A DNA stretch of 64,000 nucleotides from the IMG/VR virus record IMGVR_UViG_3300042535_000023, positions 1-64,000 of that record; one strand, given 5' to 3'. The notes beneath the pieces were generated by a model, which saw nothing but the letters and a program-made list of their open reading frames with translations, did not search any database and had not been told where the DNA came from. Below are positions 27,828 to 37,626 of this stretch, piece by piece. Made by a program: the position numbers and the translations under genes. Source of the DNA: a virus. The stretch's first letter is position 1; each line of letters opens with the position of its first letter.

Positions 27828-28721
27828 TTAATTAGTAAACTCTTTTCCACAATTAGAACAAATCCATTTACCTTCATACATAATAGCATTTCCACCACAT
27901 TTATCACAATAACGTGAATAATCATAATTAACCATAGGTTTGTCTCCTTCTGATTTTAGAGCTTCCGCTTTTACTTTCTTTCGCCCGCAGCAACGGCTTT
28001 TTGCTTCTGGACAGTATCCCAACATCTCACATCTACTATCAACCTTATTAAATACACAAGGAAGCTTTAGTCTACAAATACGTAACATCTCTTTGGCTAA
28101 ATTTCTAATTTCCCATTGGGCGGCCGTGCAAAGTCTCAGGCTAAGAAAATGTGTCAAACTAACACAATTCATGGTGATAACTATACGAGTAGTAACTCCA
28201 TTAGGCATAACATAACGAGCGTCTTCGCTAGGGATTCCTAAGGCTTTAAGCTGATTATATGCTTTTTGAATTTCTTCTAAGATATTCACATAAATATTGA
28301 GTGCTTTAGCATCTGCGTTGCCCTCATTCTTTTCATTATCAACTATGCTTGGCGGAAAAACGTAATCGCTAAGCATAAACTCCCCAGCATTGCTCACATA
28401 ACGTTGTGACTGCTGAGAGTAACTCGCTATACGGTGACGCACTAACTGATGGCTAAGGGCACGAGAGATGCCATCTACAGCAAATGTAAACTTAACATGT
28501 TCAAATACTGAGGTGTGTCCTGATGTATGGAGATGCTTTAAAAGATTGTCCATCTCTTTATCAGTAGAGGGCTCATTCTTTTCGAGGTCCATAACTGTTA
28601 CTAAACCAGTTTCATCCTCCTGCCACATATCACCTGTCCAACCATCTGCGTAACACTGTCTAGCCGACGCAAAGATTAACTCCTTAGCATTGGGTGTCAT
28701 TGATAATAATTTAACTCTCAT
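27828..28721 (-). CDS. thyX: FAD-dependent thymidylate synthase with C-terminal Zn-ribbon
   Basis: GHTSVFEH, RHRIASYSQQSQRY (RHRx7SxR), EDARYVMPN, AQWEIR. Confidence 0.96.
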   Translation of the reverse strand: MRVKLLSMTPNAKELIFASARQCYADGWTGDMWQEDETGLVTVMDLEKNEPSTDKEMDNLLKHLHTSGHTSVFEHVKFTFAVDGISRALSHQLVRHRIASYSQQSQRYVSNAGEFMLSDYVFPPSIVDNEKNEGNADAKALNIYVNILEEIQKAYNQLKALGIPSEDARYVMPNGVTTRIVITMNCVSLTHFLSLRLCTAAQWEIRNLAKEMLRICRLKLPCVFNKVDSRCEMLGYCPEAKSRCCGRKKVKAEALKSEGDKPMVNYDYSRYCDKCGGNAIMYEGKWICSNCGKEFTN

Positions 28722-28762
28722 ATGTAATCCTCCTTAATTCAGATTAATGTTCTACTACACTT

Positions 28763-28834
28763 TAGCGGAGGGTAGATTCGAACTACCGTGCTCAAGTTTA
28801 TGGGACTTGGGAGAAACCCCTTCTCTACTCCGCA
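28763..28834 (-). tRNA. tRNA with CAT anticodon (Met, initiator-like but atypical); CCA not encoded
   Basis: Cloverleaf: T-GCGGAG/CTCCGC-T acceptor, GAGA/TCTC D-stem, CAAGT-CCCATAA-ACTTG anticodon arm, GGTAG-TTCGAAT-CTACC T-arm. Confidence 0.88.
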
Positions 28835-28844
28835 ACAAAACTTT

Positions 28845-30128
28845 TTAGAAGGTTTCAGCTTCGATTACTTTGTTTGTGTTTTCTATTGTAACATTTTTCT
28901 TTGGGTTTGTCAAGTTTAAATAAGCATTGTCAAAAGCATTGACCCAGGCTTGTCCAATCTTGCCCTGCCAATCAAGTTCACTACGAACCCAGTTATAAGC
29001 CGTCTCTGCTTTTTTGGCTGCTTCCTCTCTATTATAATAGACGTGAAGCATTTTGTCAACCATATCCTCAACATCAACAAGAGGGCGACGCACTTCATTA
29101 TCATTTGGAAGAACGGTCCAAAGGCTTGGATTTGTTCCACTTTTTACAAGATAGCCTTTGTCTTCAGTAATGAACTCAGTCATAGCTGTATTATTTGGCA
29201 TAATAACTGGTGTCTTTGTGGCCATGGATTCTACCCACTGAAGACCAAAACCCTCACCAAGATTTGTGCTAACAGAAACGTCAGCACAGTTATAGAGTGC
29301 ATTAACGATATTTTTCGGATACCCAGAATTAACTGAAAAATTCTCTGGGAAAATAACATCCTCAGAAGTGCTTAGCCCAAATGAACGGCATACTTCTAAA
29401 AGATTCCAGCCCTGATCCTTCTGTGCCATATGTAAGTAAAGAATTGAGTCTTTAACTTGCTTCCGAAACTCTACAAATGCTTGAATAGTTCGTGGAATAT
29501 CCTTACGTTGCTGATTACGATTAAGGTTCATAACAATAAACTTGTCCGCATGCTTACCAAAATACTGCTTCTTAAATGGCATTAACTTCTCTTTAGGAAT
29601 AACATTATAGTCATTAAGATTAACACCATGAGGAATTACTTTAATATCTTCAAGAGATGGTAGGGCTTTGATAGCTTCAGCCTTACCATGCTCAGTATAA
29701 GCAAAAATTTCATCAGCATAACTAATGTTAACTGCCCACTCCGGCTTTAAAATAGAGTCCACTGGAAAATAAACTATTGATCGGAACGGTTTCTTCATAT
29801 TCTGTTTTAAATGTGGCATTAGTTCTGGAAGGAAGTCCATAATAAAAGTGTCCTGCAGAAGAAATAAAATATCAAAATCCATTCTTGGGGTCATTTGGCA
29901 GAATTTTCTCCTACCATAAGGATCCCTCTCTCCATTTGTACCAGCCGGGAAAATCTTATATGGAAATTCATGAGGGTCGCCCCAGTAATTAATACCAAAA
30001 TTACTAATCTCATAACGACCTGTCCTGTGCAAAGCCTCGAAAATATTACGAGAAACTGTTGAAAACCCTGTTGCGCTTGTTGGGCTGTCCATATAGGCCC
30101 ATACTTTAATTTTTTTGTCCATAAACAT
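28845..30128 (-). CDS. GT4 (GT-B) glycosyltransferase
   Basis: DSP..ATGF, IPHGV, NRNQQRKD, LYNCADV, GEGFGLQWVESMATKTPVI. Confidence 0.9.
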   Translation of the reverse strand: MFMDKKIKVWAYMDSPTSATGFSTVSRNIFEALHRTGRYEISNFGINYWGDPHEFPYKIFPAGTNGERDPYGRRKFCQMTPRMDFDILFLLQDTFIMDFLPELMPHLKQNMKKPFRSIVYFPVDSILKPEWAVNISYADEIFAYTEHGKAEAIKALPSLEDIKVIPHGVNLNDYNVIPKEKLMPFKKQYFGKHADKFIVMNLNRNQQRKDIPRTIQAFVEFRKQVKDSILYLHMAQKDQGWNLLEVCRSFGLSTSEDVIFPENFSVNSGYPKNIVNALYNCADVSVSTNLGEGFGLQWVESMATKTPVIMPNNTAMTEFITEDKGYLVKSGTNPSLWTVLPNDNEVRRPLVDVEDMVDKMLHVYYNREEAAKKAETAYNWVRSELDWQGKIGQAWVNAFDNAYLNLTNPKKNVTIENTNKVIEAETF

Positions 30129-30147
30129 CTCCTTTAATTAATTTTAA

Positions 30148-30582
30148 TTATACTGTCCTATACCCACACGAATTACAATACCACTTATCCAATTTGTACC
30201 ACGCCGGTTTCTTGCAGTTTGGGCATAAATGACCCTTAAAAGCCCCACATGCTGTGCAGGATTTAACTTCAAATCTATATTTTTTAGAGGGATAATACAG
30301 AATTTTTTGTTTGTATTCGTAACTCTCTCTACAATCACAAAACTTTTTGTTATCCGCAAACCAAAAGTAATTCTCCTTGTCAGGTTTTATTTCAAAACTA
30401 TCCTTCTCACATATAGAACAGGATACATAAATCTCTGCAACTATCTCATCAGAACCACATATACCACAATTCCCAAACCCTCTTCTTTTATCTCTACATT
30501 CTGTAGCCCGCTTAACTTTTTTGCCAGCATGTCTTGGGGTTTCTTGAACTTCATCTTTATGCGTATCAGGCGATTTAATCAT
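30148..30582 (-). CDS. Multi-CxxC zinc-binding hypothetical protein
   Basis: 144 aa with five CxxC pairs plus CxC. Confidence 0.7.
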   Translation of the reverse strand: MIKSPDTHKDEVQETPRHAGKKVKRATECRDKRRGFGNCGICGSDEIVAEIYVSCSICEKDSFEIKPDKENYFWFADNKKFCDCRESYEYKQKILYYPSKKYRFEVKSCTACGAFKGHLCPNCKKPAWYKLDKWYCNSCGYRTV

Positions 30583-30583
30583 A

Positions 30584-31729
30584 TTACTTCACTTTCTTTG
30601 TCGCCAAAAATGGGTTTGTAAAGCTATTTGAACAGGCGTTAGCAATTCTATCTCTAAGTGCTGGATTCCTATCCATATAATTAACTACTGCTTTTTGATT
30701 AAGGTCTACCATCTCAAGAAGATGTTCTTTAGGAACTACCTTTGACACCATACCAAAATCAAATGACTTCCTAGACATCTGTCTAAGGTAGAGTTCTTGA
30801 TTACCTACTCTAAGATTATCTCCACCATACTTTACCTTATCCATTAATACTGATGCTAACTCTTTTTCTCTTTCGCCGATTGTTTTCTGTAAATCTCTTA
30901 CATACTGCCACTCATTAAATACTTGTTCATTATCCAAGGCACTAATATCTTTAAAAGCAAAATCAAACTTTGTGCAAGCATCTTTAAAACATTCGCAATA
31001 GTCGCGGAAATCGCACCAGCCACAAAACGTCGTAAGTGCTGGTTTTGCTTCACTTTCTTTCAAAGCACACATCTGGTCATACACTTCTTTTAAATACAAA
31101 GAAAACTCTTCGCGCTCTTCTTTAGTTCTATAAGAATAAATCATGTCGTGCTTCAACATATCTAAGGATACAATAATACGGGAATACTGTGGGAACAACA
31201 TACTACCCACCAAGTCGTAAATAGACAACTGCTTGTCGGTCTTAAGCTGGTCTGGCGTAGGAGCGGTCTTAGAGGTCTTGTAATCAACGATTAGTAGTGT
31301 ATCCTCATCTACCTCTATGGCCTTATCAATTGCACCGACCAGAGGAACTCCGTGCTCCGTAACTATCATATTGGTATCGTTCATACCGAACTCTATTTCT
31401 AATCCTATAATCTTTTTACCCATATCAAAATCGTTGATACGTTTCTTTACTAAGTCTTTACCTTCAAGATGGATAGACATTTCCTCTATCCCTTCTTTAA
31501 TGGCTACTTCCTCATAACGTTTCAGGATGTTCTTTTTATCTTCCGCCGAAAATTCTCCCTTCTCCATCCATATTTTTCCTGCCAACTCTAAAGCTTCGTG
31601 GCATGCAAGACCTAATCGAAATACAGGATTAGAAACCTTTGGAAGATGCTTCATGTAATTAAACCAATATTTCTGCTTACATTGTAAAAAAGTATTAATT
31701 CTTGTAGCACTAATTTTTATATCTGCCAT
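30584..31729 (-). CDS. PD-(D/E)XK RecB/AddB-like exonuclease
   Basis: SATRINTFLQC, G..CH, GAIDK...IVDYKT, QLSIY, CGWCDFRDYC. Confidence 0.9.
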   Translation of the reverse strand: MADIKISATRINTFLQCKQKYWFNYMKHLPKVSNPVFRLGLACHEALELAGKIWMEKGEFSAEDKKNILKRYEEVAIKEGIEEMSIHLEGKDLVKKRINDFDMGKKIIGLEIEFGMNDTNMIVTEHGVPLVGAIDKAIEVDEDTLLIVDYKTSKTAPTPDQLKTDKQLSIYDLVGSMLFPQYSRIIVSLDMLKHDMIYSYRTKEEREEFSLYLKEVYDQMCALKESEAKPALTTFCGWCDFRDYCECFKDACTKFDFAFKDISALDNEQVFNEWQYVRDLQKTIGEREKELASVLMDKVKYGGDNLRVGNQELYLRQMSRKSFDFGMVSKVVPKEHLLEMVDLNQKAVVNYMDRNPALRDRIANACSNSFTNPFLATKKVK

Positions 31730-31739
31730 TGTAACTCCT

Positions 31740-32042
31740 TTAATTTAAATACGTATTTTTTATGGTATGAATTAATTCTTTGGGGATTTTTTCACAAGAT
31801 ATGTTTCCCAAAGCAGGCCCGCCATTAGCAAAACCGGTATGAAAATATATAAAACATTCTTTCGTAATATCTTCTTGTATAAAGAAATAATTCTTGGATA
31901 GATCATGAGTCTGTCTCCAAACCTCATCTTTAAAAATATTTTTTTGTAAAATATCTTCTGTTTTAATTTGTTCTGAGGATGAAGGCTTTGAACAACTGAT
32001 CATAAACAAAAGAAACACGAAATAGACTATTTTTAAATTCAT
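31740..32042 (-). CDS. Putative lipoprotein
   Basis: Start moved to MNLKIVYFVFLLFMISC after GGAGG; hydrophobic stretch and lipobox-like Cys. Confidence 0.65.
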   Translation of the reverse strand: MNLKIVYFVFLLFMISCSKPSSSEQIKTEDILQKNIFKDEVWRQTHDLSKNYFFIQEDITKECFIYFHTGFANGGPALGNISCEKIPKELIHTIKNTYLN

Positions 32043-32043
32043 G

Positions 32044-32559
32044 CTAACCTCCGAAATAAGAGAACCCATAGGTCTCTTCATTTCTATATTTTTTAACTCC
32101 TAAAATTAAATCTGCGTAACACATAGCCATTGAGTATGCATCTACTATATCATTATTTTGTTTAAATGTCAAGTTTAAATTTAAGCTTTCGTTAACAAAC
32201 TCAAATAATTCTTCTTTTGTTTTCACTTTAAAATAGGCCTTGACTGTGTTGTTGCTGATAACGTAAGGATCTATCTTTAAAACATCTTGACATACCTCTT
32301 TTGCTACTCCTGCAAACTCTGCCAACATTTTTAAAGTCCCAACATTTATCTTACTGAAATTATCTTCCACAATTATAGCAGTTATTTTATAATTTGTCAA
32401 GACATTTTTGAGTTCGTTTCTAAAAATATTAAGTCTTTCTGACCTATTAAACTTCGGTAAAGTTTTAATTACTCCTGTAGTAGTTGTGTCTTTAGTTAAA
32501 ATACACCAACCAGTAGAAGCACCAGAAATATCAAGACTTAATATTGACCAATCACTCAT
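32044..32559 (-). CDS. ruvC: RuvC-like Holliday junction resolvase
   Basis: [21 protein letters not shown]. Confidence 0.82.
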   Translation of the reverse strand: MSDWSILSLDISGASTGWCILTKDTTTTGVIKTLPKFNRSERLNIFRNELKNVLTNYKITAIIVEDNFSKINVGTLKMLAEFAGVAKEVCQDVLKIDPYVISNNTVKAYFKVKTKEELFEFVNESLNLNLTFKQNNDIVDAYSMAMCYADLILGVKKYRNEETYGFSYFGG

Positions 32560-33334
32560 AACTTAATCCATTCAACACAGCTATCTGCTCCTCAGTCATC
32601 TTTTCTACTTTAGGTAATGTCATCCTTAACTTGATAAAAATATTCCCACTTGGTCCTCCATTCAAACCTATACCACCTTGGCCAGGCAATGAAACTACTA
32701 CACCATCCTCCCCACCTTTTGGAACATCTACAACAATATCTTTATTTTTAGTTACGTGACTATTACCAGAACAAACCTCACATGGATCTGAACCTATCTC
32801 ACCAGCCCCTCTACAAGCGTGACAGGGATGTGTTGACATCATACGTGAGTTACCATTAACATGGGTTTGTGTGACCATTCCTGAGCCTCCACAGACACCA
32901 CAATGACGTGAGGTTTTAAATCCTCTACCTTTACATGCGACGCACCCTTCCTGATAAGTTACGTTTATACTTTTTTGGCCCCCAAAAATAAACATATGCA
33001 TAGGAACATCCACTACATACTTTAGGTCATTACCTTTCATAGGTCTATTAGGATCTGGTCTCTGCTGGCGCATACCTCCCATTGGACCATGGCCAAATCC
33101 CATATTACGTAGGAAATCATTTATATCCAGCCCAGGATTATCGTATTGGGAACGTTTAGAATCGTCGGATAAATGTTCATAAGCCTCATTTATCTGCTTA
33201 AACTTTTCTTCAGCTTCTTTATTCCCTTGATTTCTATCAGGATGATACTGCATAGCTAGTTTTCTATAAGCTTTTTTAATCTCTTCAGGCGAAGCTTCTC
33301 TGCCTACACCTAAAGTTTCATAATAATTCGCCAT
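32552..33334 (-). CDS. dnaJ: DnaJ co-chaperone with shortened C-terminus
   Basis: J-domain with HPD, G/M-rich linker, four CxxCxG repeats. Confidence 0.93.
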   Translation of the reverse strand: MANYYETLGVGREASPEEIKKAYRKLAMQYHPDRNQGNKEAEEKFKQINEAYEHLSDDSKRSQYDNPGLDINDFLRNMGFGHGPMGGMRQQRPDPNRPMKGNDLKYVVDVPMHMFIFGGQKSINVTYQEGCVACKGRGFKTSRHCGVCGGSGMVTQTHVNGNSRMMSTHPCHACRGAGEIGSDPCEVCSGNSHVTKNKDIVVDVPKGGEDGVVVSLPGQGGIGLNGGPSGNIFIKLRMTLPKVEKMTEEQIAVLNGLSYE

Positions 33335-33659
33335 CTATAACCTCCCACTCAAATCCACAAAGACTACATTTATACATATCAAAACCTACTTCATAACAAA
33401 CGGAATTACATTTGACACACTTATGAATTAATCCTCCCATAGTGGTGGGGGACTCTGAAACTTGAAAACCATTTTCATCCTCAAGTGTATCGGGGAGCAT
33501 CAAAGAATCCTTAACATACTCTCCATCTAAAGCCCGCCAAAGAGCGCCACATTCAAAGCAAGCTAAATACTCTATACTAATAGTGTCACCACATTTGCAT
33601 GGGTAATGTTCCACCAACATCGTTTCCACATGGCCATCTTTACAAGCTACACAATTCAT
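33318..33659 (-). CDS. Multi zinc-ribbon hypothetical protein
   Basis: Several CxxC motifs. Confidence 0.7.
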   Translation of the reverse strand: MNCVACKDGHVETMLVEHYPCKCGDTISIEYLACFECGALWRALDGEYVKDSLMLPDTLEDENGFQVSESPTTMGGLIHKCVKCNSVCYEVGFDMYKCSLCGFEWEVIDGELL

Positions 33660-34051
33660 GACTTACCTCCCTTCTTAGGAACGTCCTGCATCTCAATAAT
33701 TTGACCAAAAATATCTACTGTGTCTACATTAAATTTCAAAGCTACTGGAGCAAACAGTTGATTAGACTTCAAATCTGGATACTGTTTGGTAGCAAAAAGA
33801 ACTTTAGTTATAGATGGCATATACAAAGTATCGTTATCAAGCAAATTAAACTCCCCCTCATCCTCAGAAAAAAATTCGGGATCAAGATCATGATATTTAC
33901 CTGCCCGCGGTATAGTTATTTTATAGGTCTCTGATGAGGCTTTAAAATAATAATTTCTTGAAGGCAATAACACTGCTGTTGGTGTTCCTACTTGTGATGG
34001 GGTTTCCGCCCACGCCGCTAAATCTGTCATTTCATTTATCTCCTTTTTCAT
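33656..34051 (-). CDS. Hypothetical protein
   Basis: 131 aa, AAGGAG RBS. Confidence 0.7.
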   Translation of the reverse strand: MKKEINEMTDLAAWAETPSQVGTPTAVLLPSRNYYFKASSETYKITIPRAGKYHDLDPEFFSEDEGEFNLLDNDTLYMPSITKVLFATKQYPDLKSNQLFAPVALKFNVDTVDIFGQIIEMQDVPKKGGKS

Positions 34052-34060
34052 AAAAACTCC

Positions 34061-35110
34061 TTAATAGTATGTCTTTAGGTAACTACAAATAACCTCTTTA
34101 CTTAAATCCGCTGGATCTAGTCCCTTACCTGTATCGTCCTCTTCTGTTACAAATACTGTGTGTATACTTTTAATATGCTTTTTTAAATCTAATTCTGCTC
34201 TTATCGTCCCTTTTACCCCGGCCAAATCATTATCAAACATTATCACTACACCATTAAAAGCGTATGTGCTTAAAAGATTTCTCTGTCCTTCTGTAACTGT
34301 GGCCCCCATCACTGCAACTACATTGTAAATACCATATTCGTATAAACGCCATACAGATTTAAACCCTTCCACTAATATTAATGGTTTATCTACACAATAT
34401 TTTTGAGCATTATTAAGATTATATAGAGTATTATCTTTATTAAATCCAGGAGTTAGTATATATTTAGATACATCTTTATCTAAAAAACCTCTTACATCCC
34501 TTAAACTATAAGCTAATAACTCTCCATTCTCGCTACGAATAGGTATAATATCCCGAGTCACTCCATCTACACCAACGTGTCCACCAGCCACCTCAAAGTA
34601 ATCTAAAGTTTCTGGTTTAAATCCGTCTTTTAAAAACTTGTCGGATCTAAAATATTTAAACTTGGCCAGACACTCATCACACACAAATGCTGGGATTTTG
34701 TGGCCAGCCCCATATTCCTCTATAAAAGCTTCGTTGGCTCTTTTTCTTTTATAGGCTGAATATTTGTGATCTATACTACTTATATCGCCAACCAATTGTC
34801 TTAAGTAATTTACAGAGTCGGTAAATCCATAACCTAGAGTGGCTTTAATTAACCCAATAATATCATAACCATATTGCTCCTGGCATCCTTTTGTAAAACA
34901 TACCCAAGTTTTTTTATCTTTATTGAAACTAAACCCTGTTTTATTATCCCCGCCATGTATTCTACAAGGACCTTGTATCCATTTATATGACTCATGATGA
35001 ATGCTAAATCCAAGACTCTCTAGTAAGAATCTTGGGTCTACGCTTGCCTTGAGATACTCTAGTTCCTCTTTTTGGGCATCATTATTTTTACTCAAGGTTG
35101 ATACTTGCAT
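34061..35110 (-). CDS. dnaG: DnaG-type primase (CHC2 Zn finger + TOPRIM)
   Basis: CRIHGGD...WVCFTKGC, IIPI, LYNL, LVEG, MFDNDLAG, DPAD; start moved to MQVSTL (GAGG RBS). Confidence 0.92.
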   Translation of the reverse strand: MQVSTLSKNNDAQKEELEYLKASVDPRFLLESLGFSIHHESYKWIQGPCRIHGGDNKTGFSFNKDKKTWVCFTKGCQEQYGYDIIGLIKATLGYGFTDSVNYLRQLVGDISSIDHKYSAYKRKRANEAFIEEYGAGHKIPAFVCDECLAKFKYFRSDKFLKDGFKPETLDYFEVAGGHVGVDGVTRDIIPIRSENGELLAYSLRDVRGFLDKDVSKYILTPGFNKDNTLYNLNNAQKYCVDKPLILVEGFKSVWRLYEYGIYNVVAVMGATVTEGQRNLLSTYAFNGVVIMFDNDLAGVKGTIRAELDLKKHIKSIHTVFVTEEDDTGKGLDPADLSKEVICSYLKTYY

Positions 35111-36521
35111 ATTCAATATCCTCTTTATCTTCATCTGAACTATCATTATTAACCACTTTACCACTATAATCAGTTACTTGCTGTAGTAAATCAACCTCAT
35201 TTATTATTAATTTCTTTTTATGGAACTTATAAGCTATACCAGATTCAGGAGTAGAACCTCCGCGCCTTGTATCTCTAATTATTAACTTGTGAGATCCGCC
35301 AGTATTATTTTCTGGTCCTCCAGTTTTAGATATATCATCCTCTGTTCTTGTAGTCCAGAATGCTACGATGTCCCCGTATCTTGCTACTCTATCACTATCT
35401 GCCACATCTCCTGCGCGATTTAATTGCACTGCAGCCAACATCGGTATGTTTAATGTGCCAGCTAGATCTTTAAGCTTGGTAGTTACATCCCCAAGGATTT
35501 GGTGCTCCTGCCTTTGCTTATCTATACTGGAAGATTCTGGCTCTTTAATGTAGTCAAAGATACCAAAACCTATATTCTCCTTCACTTTATATTTCTTATA
35601 CAAGGTTACAAGTTTTTCTACAGTATAACCAGGCATACGTTCATGGAACAATTTACCTCTTTCTATCTTATCAGCTGCTTTGGATATTCTTTCATACTCC
35701 TCTTTTGTGTAGCCTCCGTGCTTGATTATCCTCTCTTCAGTGCTACTCATTGCTGCTAAAAGCCTATCTCTCCATTCCTCAAACGACATTTCTGTATCCA
35801 CGTAGAGTAGAGGAAGTTTCTCTGTATAAGCTATTCTGGCTGCTATATTAGTAAGTAAAGCACTTTTTCCCATCTTCTTGCGCGCGGCTATAATCATTAA
35901 TGTGCCTGGAACCATACCATCTATTTGCTTATCAAGAATTGGGTAATGGGTTCTGACGCCAGTCATCTCTACCCTGTGCTCTTTCTTTTCTTCTATATAT
36001 TCTCTAAGCCCATCAGCAAGATTCCTTGGCTCATTTATTGCTTTACTTGTGGTGGACAAACTCAATACTGAATTCTCCACACCGCCTATAAGATCTGACG
36101 CGCTGAGTGACCCTTCAACATTATTCTCTATCACAAGCTCTGAGTGCTCGTGAAGGGACTGAAATAATCTGAACTTAGTACTAGCCTCTAAAACATAGAT
36201 CAAAGCTTTATCAAAGATACCCAGGGCTACAGGCATAGTTTTGATGGCATTCAACATCCTAACGCCGCCAATATCTTGAAGATTACCACCTATTTCAAGC
36301 TCTCTTGCTACTATAGGAATATCAAACGACCTATGGTCTTTCAGATATAAAGACTTTAAAGCATTGTATATTACAGCATGGTCTGGGTGCAAAAAATCTG
36401 TATCATTAAGTTTGGTCATCATGGAATAAAAATGGTCCATGTTGTTTAAAGCACAACAAAGTAATGCCTTTTCGTATGTGAATTGCGAGAGCTCGACTCT
36501 TGCCTTTTCTAAATTCAGCAT
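35088..36521 (-). CDS. dnaB: DnaB-type replicative helicase
   Basis: IAARKKMGKS, DTEMS, FDYIK, AVQLNR. Confidence 0.93.
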   Translation of the reverse strand: MLNLEKARVELSQFTYEKALLCCALNNMDHFYSMMTKLNDTDFLHPDHAVIYNALKSLYLKDHRSFDIPIVARELEIGGNLQDIGGVRMLNAIKTMPVALGIFDKALIYVLEASTKFRLFQSLHEHSELVIENNVEGSLSASDLIGGVENSVLSLSTTSKAINEPRNLADGLREYIEEKKEHRVEMTGVRTHYPILDKQIDGMVPGTLMIIAARKKMGKSALLTNIAARIAYTEKLPLLYVDTEMSFEEWRDRLLAAMSSTEERIIKHGGYTKEEYERISKAADKIERGKLFHERMPGYTVEKLVTLYKKYKVKENIGFGIFDYIKEPESSSIDKQRQEHQILGDVTTKLKDLAGTLNIPMLAAVQLNRAGDVADSDRVARYGDIVAFWTTRTEDDISKTGGPENNTGGSHKLIIRDTRRGGSTPESGIAYKFHKKKLIINEVDLLQQVTDYSGKVVNNDSSDEDKEDIEYASINLE

Positions 36522-36989
36522 CTATGATTCCTTTCTGGTTTGCCATTGTTCATTTTCTCTACGGGTAAGTTCGCGTTTAAACGTCGAAATATAGTCACTT
36601 ATTGTCTTATCAATCCCTTCGATGAGCAGCAACTCATCCTGCATACTGTCTATATCTTCCTGCATAGAATTCAGGGTTGCTGACCCACTAATTATAATTA
36701 AGGCGGCGTCCTTCTTAGTTTTATACTGCTTAAGTAAATCACTAGTCATTAATTGAAATACTGCTCCGTCCAATGATCTCTCTTTGGCCACGATGGATGC
36801 TTTTGTCTTATTAGTCTGAGACTTAATATAGATCGAATATTGAGATAAAGCAAGAGAAAACTTACTTATATCTAAACTCGATGTTTGCTCTAGTTTAGAA
36901 ACATCATAAGCAAAAATGTCGTCTACCAGGCTGTGGTTTATTTTAACATTTTCAAAAGCAAATACATCTTTATTCATTATGATTACCAT
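36522..36989 (-). CDS. Helical hypothetical protein, possibly a UvsY-like recombination mediator
   Basis: 155 aa all-helical, located between recA and dnaB; function inferred from context only. Confidence 0.5.
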   Translation of the reverse strand: MVIIMNKDVFAFENVKINHSLVDDIFAYDVSKLEQTSSLDISKFSLALSQYSIYIKSQTNKTKASIVAKERSLDGAVFQLMTSDLLKQYKTKKDAALIIISGSATLNSMQEDIDSMQDELLLIEGIDKTISDYISTFKRELTRRENEQWQTRKES

Positions 36990-37626
36990 TAAACATTTTG
37001 TTATTTAATGAAAAAGCCTGCCTGAATGCTATAGGGTCAAACATATAACAACCTCTACATCCTATTTCCTCTGTTCTTATAGAATCCCCCTCTATCCAGC
37101 CCTCGGTATGGCCAATTTTTCTGGCATCATACCTATATCCAGTGTTTTTACATGTCTTACAACTTTCACGTTTTTTACTATTCATATTTCTATTAATAGG
37201 CTGATAATTATTTGGATCCGATTTATCAATTTCTGGATAAGTTCCATCTTTATGGTCTATTTCAATATCAGAATATGTTCCTAAAAAAGCACATGGCTGG
37301 CTAGCAAAAAAAGCCCTAATAGAAGAAGGGATATATCTAGTAGCACTCTTACAATCAGCTAATGATTCATACCCCTTAAACCCTTTGGTTCTTACAGCAT
37401 AAACTTTATTACCAGAGTAACTCTTCTCTATCTGATATTTTTTACCGATACCTCTATCGTCTTGAATTAGGGCGCAGCCATTACCATTTAATGAAAAGCC
37501 TACTTTATCCACGAGATCTTCTAAAAGCGCCCAATCTGATATACCAAGTATGTTAGGATTAAGAGCCATCTCAAGTAACTGTGACTGTGTTTGTTTACCA
37601 AATCTAATGCTTATATTTTTTGCCAT
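36970..37626 (-). CDS. IceA/NlaIII-family HNH restriction endonuclease
   Basis: IEIDHKDG...YQP...NSKKRESCKTCKNTGYRYDA...GCRGCYMFDPIAFR matches the IceA1/NlaIII pattern. Confidence 0.8.
   Translation of the reverse strand: MAKNISIRFGKQTQSQLLEMALNPNILGISDWALLEDLVDKVGFSLNGNGCALIQDDRGIGKKYQIEKSYSGNKVYAVRTKGFKGYESLADCKSATRYIPSSIRAFFASQPCAFLGTYSDIEIDHKDGTYPEIDKSDPNNYQPINRNMNSKKRESCKTCKNTGYRYDARKIGHTEGWIEGDSIRTEEIGCRGCYMFDPIAFRQAFSLNNKMFNGNHNE

Noticed and set aside
16373-30128. DNA hypermodification as the main role of the GT island
   Set aside because: No hydroxymethylase, TET/JBP, aGPT-Pplase or 7-deazaguanine genes are in the window, and ThyX and dUTPase look canonical; disfavoured but not excluded, since such genes could lie elsewhere
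30584-31729. Cas4 or a CRISPR system
   Set aside because: Four-Cys PD-(D/E)XK nuclease in a recombination context; no cas genes or repeat-spacer array seen
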